A DNA stretch of 55,668 bases from an uncultured Aminicenantes bacterium (GTDB lineage Bacteria; Acidobacteriota; Aminicenantia; UBA2199), in contig CBDAFS010000020.1 of the NCBI GenBank assembly GCA_965195285.1, forward strand, positions 1 through 55,668, in the 5' to 3' direction. Below, piece by piece: positions 48,778-55,668 of the stretch. The first letter of the stretch is position 1; each line of letters begins with the position of its first letter. The translations under genes were made by a program, and so were the position numbers. The notes under the pieces are model-generated. The model was not told where the DNA came from. It did no database searches and saw only the letters and a list, made by a program, of their open reading frames with translations.

Positions 48778-49935
48778 TCAGCGGTTGGCCTTTCTAATAC
48801 CCAGTTGATCCTGGCCAATGATCATCTTCTGTATATTCGCAGTACCCTCAACAATCTGGTACAGCACTGCATCCCGGTAAAAACGCGCCACCGGATATTC
48901 GGTGGAATACCCGAAGGCTCCTAAAATCTTCATGGCATTATGGGCACACCGGGTCACTGTTTCACCAACCATATACTTGGCATACGAGGTCTCCAGAACA
49001 TTACCCATTTGCCCCTGGTCTTTTTGCCAGGAAGCCCGGTAGGTTAACAGACGGGCCGCTTCAATCTCAGCCGCCATATTAGCGATCAATTCCTGGTTCA
49101 TCTGATATTTGCCCACTACCTGCCCAAATTGTTCTCTTTCATTACAGTATTGAACTGCCGCATCCAGACAGGCCTGAGCCAGGCCCAAGCCTCCGGCTGC
49201 ACAACTGAGCCGGGTCTGATTCAATGACCCAAAACAAATCTTAACCCCATCTCCGAGACTCCCTAACAAGGATTCCTCAGGAAGATGAACATCCTCGAAT
49301 ATGATCTCTCCGGTTGGCGATGACCGGGTCCCCATTTTATCCAGTTCAGTGGTAGATACCCCCTCCAGGTGAAGGTCCACAATAAAGGCACTCAATCCCC
49401 TGGATCCTTTATCCCGATCATGGTAGGCATAAGCGATAGCCACATCAGCCTGCTGGGCAAAAGAAATCCAGGTTTTGGTTCCGTTCAATATGAAACCATT
49501 CCCATTGGATTTGACCGTGGACTTCATGGACATCACATCTGAACCGGAATTGGGTTCGGTAATGGCAAAACAACCAATTTTTTTTGCACTGATTAAATCC
49601 GGAATCCATTTTTTTTTCTGTTCCTCGGTTCCATGCTTCAGAATGGATAGAGAAGTACCCAGGCACTGGGTGTTAAAAGAAACCCGGAGTGAAGAAGACC
49701 CCCGCCCAACCTCTTCAGTCAACAGAGTTTGGGTGAGGAACCCCAGATTGGTTCCGCCATATTCTTCCGGAATTGAGCACCCGAAAAATCCCAGTTCTCC
49801 CATTTTTACAATCACTTCCCGGGGAAAATGGTGATCTTCATCCCATTGGTCCGCAAAGGGAACGATCTCTTTCTGGGTGAAATCCCTGGCAGCTTCTTTC
49901 ATCAATAATTGGTCTTCAGTTAAACTAAAATCCAT
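48778..49935 (-). CDS. acd: Acyl-CoA dehydrogenase, closely resembling non-decarboxylating glutaryl-CoA dehydrogenase
   Basis: IVPFADQWD, RGSSSLRV, ITEPNSGSDVM, SLNQTRLS.AAGG.GLAQACLD, GYSTEYPVARFYRDA, DQLGIRKANR match my recollection of Desulfococcus multivorans Acd; start ATG 49935. Confidence 0.8.
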   Translation of the reverse strand: MDFSLTEDQLLMKEAARDFTQKEIVPFADQWDEDHHFPREVIVKMGELGFFGCSIPEEYGGTNLGFLTQTLLTEEVGRGSSSLRVSFNTQCLGTSLSILKHGTEEQKKKWIPDLISAKKIGCFAITEPNSGSDVMSMKSTVKSNGNGFILNGTKTWISFAQQADVAIAYAYHDRDKGSRGLSAFIVDLHLEGVSTTELDKMGTRSSPTGEIIFEDVHLPEESLLGSLGDGVKICFGSLNQTRLSCAAGGLGLAQACLDAAVQYCNEREQFGQVVGKYQMNQELIANMAAEIEAARLLTYRASWQKDQGQMGNVLETSYAKYMVGETVTRCAHNAMKILGAFGYSTEYPVARFYRDAVLYQIVEGTANIQKMIIGQDQLGIRKANR

Positions 49936-50159
49936 GACTTGTTCCTCGCTTTTTTTATTAAAATAGAAAGAATAAATATATACAGAATGCTCAGCCTGAA
50001 AATATATATTAATGAAAATCGAGCGGCTTGTCAACCGAATCCGTTCACAAAATTTCATAATCAGGGGAAGTGGTTATAAAACCGCAGGTAATCGGGAGTC
50101 ATCGATAAGAAGTTAGCGGAACACAGTTGACAATACCGCTTTTTTATCATAACCTAAAT

Positions 50160-51116
50160 ATGCAGATGAATGACAAACAGGATAAAAAAAAATTTCTGGT
50201 CATTGGCCTGGGGCCTATCGGTAGCATATTCGCCTGCCATTTAAAAGCAGCCGGTCATGGGGTTGTCGGGATCGACATTTGGCAGGAACACATCCAACAA
50301 ATACGGAAAAATGGGATCCGGATTGAAAAACTGGTCGACCTGCATCAGCACCTGGATGAGGCCCTTACCCGGATCAAAGACCTGGACAGCCTGAAATTTG
50401 ATTATGTGGTTATCAGCATCAAAACCCCTTATATGGATAGCATCATCGGAGAATTAAAAAAATACAAGAGCGGTTTTAATATTGTTTCTCTTCAGAACGG
50501 CATCGATACCGAAGCATACCTGGCCAATTTCTTTGAAAAGGAACGGGTGCTCCGGATTGTCGTCAATTACGCCGGCAACATAATTGCTCCTGGGAATATC
50601 AGCATGTCTTTTTTTCACAAACCAAACTATGTGGGTGGAGTGGCAACTCCCGAACCATGTCCGCCGGCCATTGAACTGGCCCGGATTCTGGATAATGCCG
50701 GACTGGAGACGGAATACACCCCGGATATCAAAAGATTCACCTGGAAAAAGACCATATTAAATTCCATCCTGGCTCCCCTTTCCGCCCTGCTGGGAATGAC
50801 CATGGCTGATGTCATGACCTGTGGAGAAACGCGTTCCATGGTTGAATTGCTGTTGAAGGAAAGTCTCAAGGTGGCGGAACATATGGGTTATGACTACGGA
50901 GAATCCTTCTTTCAACAAAGTATGGACTATCTCTCCGGGGCCGGCCATCACAAACCCTCAATGCTGATTGATATTGAAAAGGGAAATCCCACTGAAATTG
51001 ATTTTATCAATGGGAAAATTGCCGATTACGGCCAGCGCTTCAACATCCCGGTACCACTGCATACCGCCATCACCGCCCTCATCAAGGCCAAAGAGCAATA
51101 CCCCGGGAAACGGTAA
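50160..51116 (+). CDS. Ketopantoate reductase (PanE/ApbA) family oxidoreductase
   Basis: IGLGPIGS, SLQNG, WKKTILN, KPSMLID, TEIDFING; the TTG at 50127 is more likely a -35 box. Confidence 0.88.
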   Translation: MQMNDKQDKKKFLVIGLGPIGSIFACHLKAAGHGVVGIDIWQEHIQQIRKNGIRIEKLVDLHQHLDEALTRIKDLDSLKFDYVVISIKTPYMDSIIGELKKYKSGFNIVSLQNGIDTEAYLANFFEKERVLRIVVNYAGNIIAPGNISMSFFHKPNYVGGVATPEPCPPAIELARILDNAGLETEYTPDIKRFTWKKTILNSILAPLSALLGMTMADVMTCGETRSMVELLLKESLKVAEHMGYDYGESFFQQSMDYLSGAGHHKPSMLIDIEKGNPTEIDFINGKIADYGQRFNIPVPLHTAITALIKAKEQYPGKR

Positions 51117-51135
51117 AAAGGGAGCCGATCCGACC

Positions 51136-51915
51136 ATGGCCGTTACCATTACATTATATGGGGGAATAGACGTGGGGGCATCCCGTACCAAAGCAGTCAT
51201 ACTGGATGAAAATCGGAAGATTCTCGGTTACTCGGTTAACCCATCCGGGGTTGATTTTGAAGCAGCAGTAGATAAGTGTTTCGGAACCGCCCTGAAAATG
51301 GCCGGGGCAATCCGTGAAAAAGTGGTAAAAACCTTCTCCACCGGATACGGAAGGCTGAATGTCGCCTTTCGTCAGGGAACCCGTACCGAAATCGGTTGTC
51401 ATTCCAAGGCCTGTTTTTTCTATTTTCCCCGGGCCATGACCATCATCGACATCGGCGGCCAAGATAATAAAATCATCAAATTATTCCAGGATGGCAAGCG
51501 TTCCGGTTTTAAAATGAACCGAAAGTGTGCTGCCGGCACCGGCGCTTTTCTGGAAGAAATGTCCGCCAGACTGGATATCCCCCTGGAAGACATGAATGAT
51601 CTGGCCATAAAATCAACCGTTATGGTGGAGCTGGGCAGCTACTGCACGGTTTTTTCGGCCACCGAAGTGCTTGAAAAAATCAGACAGGGAAAAGAAGTGA
51701 GCGATATCGTTAAGGGGCTGTTCCACTCGGTAATTAAACGGGTAATGGAAATGGATTCCCTGACCGAAATCGTGGTAATGACCGGGGGTGTGGTGGCCCA
51801 CAATCCCTACCTGGTCAAGATGGTTGAGGAGATTATCGGGAGAGAAGTGCTGGTGCCGGAACGCCCCCAGTTAACCGGAGCCATCGGTGCCGCCCTCTAT
51901 GCCATGGAAGCATAA
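51136..51915 (+). CDS. 2-hydroxyacyl-CoA dehydratase activase (HgdC/BcrD-type ATPase)
   Basis: GIDVGASRTKA, STGYGR, DIGGQD, MNRKCAAGTG, CTVFS, GAIGAA; start ATG 51136. Confidence 0.92.
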   Translation: MAVTITLYGGIDVGASRTKAVILDENRKILGYSVNPSGVDFEAAVDKCFGTALKMAGAIREKVVKTFSTGYGRLNVAFRQGTRTEIGCHSKACFFYFPRAMTIIDIGGQDNKIIKLFQDGKRSGFKMNRKCAAGTGAFLEEMSARLDIPLEDMNDLAIKSTVMVELGSYCTVFSATEVLEKIRQGKEVSDIVKGLFHSVIKRVMEMDSLTEIVVMTGGVVAHNPYLVKMVEEIIGREVLVPERPQLTGAIGAALYAMEA

Positions 51916-51996
51916 TTCAATTCCTTATAAATAATTTCAACAACAGTTCATATCTTCGCGTACCCGTCCAACAAATAATCCAAGATTAAGACAGAG

Positions 51997-52290
51997 AGCT
52001 CTGCGGGCTTGCGCAAACAGTCTCCTCCGCTTTACCCGAAAATGCTCTCATTTTCGCGAGCCATCCGCCAATTTTCGATATTCGAGAAATTGGCTTCTGA
52101 AGCCGCTCCGGAGATTGTTTGCTCCGCCCGGTATTCAAGTAAGTAAAATAGCAGCCGTTCATGGTCAAGCGAGCCTCAGGGAGTGAATTGGGCACCGGTG
52201 AGAACGAGTCGAATGATCCCCTCTCAGGGGGAAAAAATGTCTCTGTCTGAGGCAGAAGGCCGAGTTGTGAACAAATTCCATCGCTCGGCA
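51997..52290. other. Structured intergenic element (MITE-like repeat or ncRNA)
   Basis: Nested stems 52013-25/52110-22, 52004-08/52126-30, 52037-56, 52067-94 and 52173-79/52247-53; imperfect inverted termini. Confidence 0.6.
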
Positions 52291-52320
52291 TTTACTAAAC
52301 AATCATTTTTTTTCTTAATG

Positions 52321-52349
52321 TTGTATTGGAGGGGATATTTTATTATAAT
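52321..52349 (+). promoter_or_regulatory. Sigma70-type promoter of the dehydratase gene
   Basis: TTGTAT, 17 bp, TATAAT; GAGGA RBS downstream. Confidence 0.6.
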
Positions 52350-52373
52350 GGCGAGTGACCAAGAGGAAATCAA

Positions 52374-53618
52374 ATGACTGAAGAGAAAAAACCATTGAGA
52401 AAGAAAATTAATGCCACCGGTGAGATGGGCAAACTCATGGCGGATTATTTTTACGAATTGGACCGTGCCAGTAAAACCCGCGAGCAAAAGATTGCCTGGT
52501 GCACCAGTGTGGGACCGGCTGAAATACTGCAATCCCTGGGCTTCCTGGTTCATTTCCCCGAAAACCACGGGGCAATGTTGGGAACCACCCGAATGGCATC
52601 GGACCTGATTCCGGCCACCAATGCCATCGGATATTCACCGGATATCTGTTCCTATTTAACTTCTGATATCGGTTCCTACCTGAAAGGCGAAACCCCTTTG
52701 ACCAAGGCCTATGGGATTGAAAATGTACCCATCCCCGATGTGCTGGTATTCAACACCAATCAGTGCCGGGATGTTCAGGACTGGTTCTCCTGGTATGGAC
52801 GAGAATTCAAGGTTCCGGTCATCGGGATTCAAACCCACCGGGGAGTTACCGGTGTGACCGAAGAGATCGTCACCTCTGTAGAAAATCAAATGCAAAACCT
52901 GGTAAAACCCCTGGAATCGATATCCGGAAATTCATTTGATTTGGAACGGTTAAAGCAGACCATACGGTTGTCCCGGGAGTGTTCGGATCTGTGGAAAAAG
53001 GTTCTGGATACTGCAGCTGCCGTTCCCTCACCGTTTACTTTCTTTGACGGCACCATTCACATGGGCCCGGCAGTGGTTTTGCGCGGAACCTCCCAGGCAG
53101 TGGATTATTATAAATTGTTATTGAAGGAACTGGAGGACCGGATCGCCAACCGGATTGCCGCGGTTGAAAACGAACAATTCCGGATTTACTGGGAAGGCAT
53201 GCCCATCTGGGGCCGGTTGAGAACCCATTCCGAAATGTTTGCCGATTTGAAGGCCTGCGTCCTGGCCTCTACCTACTGCAATTCCTGGATATTCACCGAT
53301 TTCGATGCCGATGACCCTTTCAGAAGCATGGCCAAGGCCTACACCGAGTTGTTTATCGTACGAGCGGATGAAGAGAAAGAGAAATACATCAAAACCATGC
53401 TGGATTTTTTTAAAATCGACGGCATCATCTATCATGATGCCAAAACCTGCCCCGCCAACTCCAATAACCGATACGGCATGCCCCAGCGGCTGGAAAGCCT
53501 GACCGGAATTCCCAGCCTGGTGATTAACGGTGATTTGAACGACATGAGGCTGGTATCTGACGAGCAGACCAAGACCAATGTCGAAGCTTTTATCGAACAA
53601 TTAGAAGAAAGTAAATAA
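52374..53618 (+). CDS. 2-hydroxyacyl-CoA dehydratase family subunit (HgdAB/FldBC/BcrBC-like)
   Basis: AWCTSVGPAE, FPENH, GYSPDICSY, NTNQC, IDGIIYH.AKTC, TNVEAFIE. Confidence 0.9.
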   Translation: MTEEKKPLRKKINATGEMGKLMADYFYELDRASKTREQKIAWCTSVGPAEILQSLGFLVHFPENHGAMLGTTRMASDLIPATNAIGYSPDICSYLTSDIGSYLKGETPLTKAYGIENVPIPDVLVFNTNQCRDVQDWFSWYGREFKVPVIGIQTHRGVTGVTEEIVTSVENQMQNLVKPLESISGNSFDLERLKQTIRLSRECSDLWKKVLDTAAAVPSPFTFFDGTIHMGPAVVLRGTSQAVDYYKLLLKELEDRIANRIAAVENEQFRIYWEGMPIWGRLRTHSEMFADLKACVLASTYCNSWIFTDFDADDPFRSMAKAYTELFIVRADEEKEKYIKTMLDFFKIDGIIYHDAKTCPANSNNRYGMPQRLESLTGIPSLVINGDLNDMRLVSDEQTKTNVEAFIEQLEESK

Positions 53619-53624
53619 AAACAT

Positions 53625-53718
53625 AGGTTAAGGTTGAGGTTAAGAAAAAAACTTCTCAACTTCAGAACTTCTTATCTTCTAAACTTCTGTCTTCTGACTC
53701 CTGACTTCTATCTCCTGA
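53625..53718. repeat. Mixed 6/7/8-mer short tandem repeat block
   Basis: AGGTTA/AGGTTG x3, then ACTTCTCA-like octamers and (T/A)CTYCTG heptamers. Confidence 0.7.
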
Positions 53719-53783
53719 GTTAAATTTATTTTGAAAACCGTTCCCGGAGCACCCGGTGAAGAATTTTCCCCGAGCTGCGACTT

Positions 53784-53823
53784 ATTTTGAGTCTGATGCG
53801 TCTGCCAATTCCGCCACTCCGGC
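53784..53823 (-). pseudogene. 5' half of tRNA-Leu(CAA), truncated just after the anticodon loop
   Basis: GCCGGAGTGGCGGAATTGGCAGACGCATCAGACTCAAAAT, then unrelated sequence; no variable arm, T-arm or 3' acceptor strand found in the window. Confidence 0.85.
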
Positions 53824-53835
53824 AGACGATGCATA

Positions 53836-53865
53836 ATTATTTAAAACCAAACCCCATTTTGTCAA
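53836..53865 (-). promoter_or_regulatory. Promoter of the tRNA-Leu fragment
   Basis: TTGACA (53865-53860), 18 bp, AATAAT (53841-53836); 12 nt before the tRNA 5' end. Confidence 0.55.
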
Positions 53866-54475
53866 TCAAAAATTCCAACAAAATCCCGTAATTAAAGCAA
53901 AAATATCTTTATGCTTCAATTCAAATACCGCTCATTCAACATTCATAGATTTATTAACACCACTCCCAATCGATCAAAGGTGTCCTTTGGAATTAACAAA
54001 AATTAAAAAATTAAACCCCTTCCCTTATTTTTTTGTTTTGTATTGTTGATTAAAATTTGAACAGAATTTGATAAAAAATGTAAAAAAATTCACTTTTTTA
54101 TATTGTTTTTAAGAAAAACGTAAAAAAAGACCCAATATTTTACTCTTGATTTATTTTATCCCAAAAAAGGCAAGAAACATTAATGTGGATAGAATGTAGA
54201 TATAGTCAGGATCTTCAGTAATTCTCTATTTTAATCAGATATTTTTAAAACCTCGAATCAGAGAAAATTAACAATAGTTTATGTATAAAACATTTTATTA
54301 ATCAGGTGTTCAGTAAAAAAGTAAAAATTTGGGCCTTGACTTTGATATATTGGAATGTTAAGCAAGTTTTTTATAGGGAGTTGGAAAGCTAAATATTAAT
54401 AAAAAATGAATTATTTTGAATATATTTTTATAATTCAGAAATCAGGAATTACAACTTTATTTAAGGGGGATTATA

Positions 54476-55668
54476 ATGCTGAATAAGTTTTTCATTTTAA
54501 CGTTGATTAGTGTTCTATTGATTGGTATATTTTCTCCTCTTTTTGGACCGGAAATACTGGTTTTCGGGCCTAAGCAATATACCCGTAATCAGGGAAAACC
54601 AATAACAGAAACTGATAATTTTACCAGTTCAATAACCGGGCCGGATTTCACCTTAAGAGTAATAAATGGAGATGAACAGGGAGATCATAGGGTATCGAGT
54701 GCAACTGTCGTTCTTAACGGAGAACAGATATTAAGCCCATCGGATTTCAACCAACAGATCGGGGTGATTGAGCGGACCGTATCAATAAATTCAAATAATG
54801 AAATTTCTGTAACACTAAAAAGCAAACCCGGAAGTTTTATAACCATTTCAATTTTTAAATTATATCCGGAACCCACTGCTGATATCAGTGCTTCTCCGAC
54901 CAATATTGTATTGGGAGAACCTTCAACCTTAACATGGACAACATCCAATGCCCAAACAGTCAACATAGATCAGGGAATCGGGAATGTTGATTTAAACGGT
55001 ACAACAACTGTAACACCTTCTGAAACAACAACCTATACACTTACCGCAACCGGTCATGGCGGTACTGCAATTGACAGTGTTACCATTTATGTCCAGGTTG
55101 ATCAAACACCCCCCTCGATTACTATAAACAGTCCTGAATCCGGAGCTCAATACGATTCACTTCCAATCTCTGTTTCAGCATCCTATGAGGACAGTGGTTC
55201 GGGCATCAATCAAAATACTGTGAAAGTAATCTTAAACGGAAATGATATTACATCCGGATTAACCATAACCGGCAGCAGTGTCAGTGGTGAGATTTCCAAT
55301 GAAGCGCTATTGCAGAGTGGCTCGAATACACTGGTTGTTGAGGTTTCGGATAATGCCGGTAATAATGGTTCTGAGTCGGTTCAATTTGAATATGAAGAGA
55401 TTCAGGAAGAGGATATGACCATCATTTACGGCAGGGTGTTTGAGGCAGGAAGCGAAAACCCTCTATCTGGAGCTATAATTACCTCTTCAGGCAATGAGAG
55501 TCAGAGTGATAGCGACGGTTATTGGAGACTGGTTTTCGGTTCTGGAGGTACTTATAAAATCAAAATAACCAAAGAGGGATATACTGAGGTTTTTAGAAAA
55601 ATCTATCTGGAACTTGGCAATGAAGGTGTTGTTGATGATGCCTATCTTACCTTAAGAGATACCAAAAC
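54476..55668 (+). CDS. Large secreted protein with Ig-like and carboxypeptidase-regulatory-like domains (N-terminal part; runs off the window)
   Basis: Absent from the ORF track. ATG 54476 with AAGGGGG RBS; signal peptide MLNKFFILTLISVLLIG; STLTWTTSNA...TTYTLTATG, DQTPPSITINSP...GSNTLVVEVSDNAGN, GRVFEAGSENPLSGAII...SDSDGYW. Confidence 0.85.
   Translation, partial: MLNKFFILTLISVLLIGIFSPLFGPEILVFGPKQYTRNQGKPITETDNFTSSITGPDFTLRVINGDEQGDHRVSSATVVLNGEQILSPSDFNQQIGVIERTVSINSNNEISVTLKSKPGSFITISIFKLYPEPTADISASPTNIVLGEPSTLTWTTSNAQTVNIDQGIGNVDLNGTTTVTPSETTTYTLTATGHGGTAIDSVTIYVQVDQTPPSITINSPESGAQYDSLPISVSASYEDSGSGINQNTVKVILNGNDITSGLTITGSSVSGEISNEALLQSGSNTLVVEVSDNAGNNGSESVQFEYEEIQEEDMTIIYGRVFEAGSENPLSGAIITSSGNESQSDSDGYWRLVFGSGGTYKIKITKEGYTEVFRKIYLELGNEGVVDDAYLTLRDTK

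Noticed and set aside
51986-52568. ORFs 51986..52291(-), 52183..52377(+) and 52224..52568(-)
   Set aside because: No recognisable motifs or RBS; better explained by the palindromic element and antisense overlap with the dehydratase gene.
53720-53784. Group I intron in tRNA-Leu(CAA)
   Set aside because: No 3' exon found, the break is after the loop rather than at U33/34, and no intron core is recognisable in the ~160 bp before the convergent gene.
54685-54966. 93-aa minus-strand ORF
   Set aside because: Antisense shadow of the long + strand secreted-protein CDS.

Overview
Bacterial chromosomal window, probably from an anaerobic diderm; the gene content and order suggest something like Aminicenantes/Acidobacteriota or a deltaproteobacterium, but this is inference only. 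Core genes: atpF'FHAGDC (no atpB/atpE), merR-tRNA-Pro-surE, a tRNA-Asn/Gly/Cys cluster, dsbD and a MetH lacking its reactivation domain. Accessory regions: (i) 1-5.3 kb, a same-strand run of small genes around a REP-associated tyrosine transposase (RAYT) with GTAG-type REPs, two of them inside its own coding sequence; (ii) 31.3-34.9 kb, an AT-rich islet with a deleted small-gene remnant and a three-gene operon (GIY-YIG nuclease, 69-aa protein, Rad50/RloC-like zinc-hook ABC ATPase with a HEPN-like and Zn-ribbon tail), the best candidate for an undescribed anti-phage system; (iii) 36.5-42.5 kb, three secreted proteins (vWA/beta-propeller, Ig, LVIVD); (iv) 43.7-53.6 kb, an acyl-CoA catabolic cluster (non-decarboxylating glutaryl-CoA dehydrogenase-like, thiolase, Hbd, Crt, malonyl-CoA decarboxylase, PanE-like reductase, dehydratase and activase) interrupted by a ~290-bp structured non-coding element; (v) a promoter-bearing 5' half of tRNA-Leu(CAA) broken at the anticodon loop, then the start of a large Ig-domain secreted protein. 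Other oddities are a pseudokinase-TM-TonB fusion, a POT/MFS transporter with a large inserted domain and several apparently leaderless genes. All family assignments come from motif recognition by eye; no searches were run.
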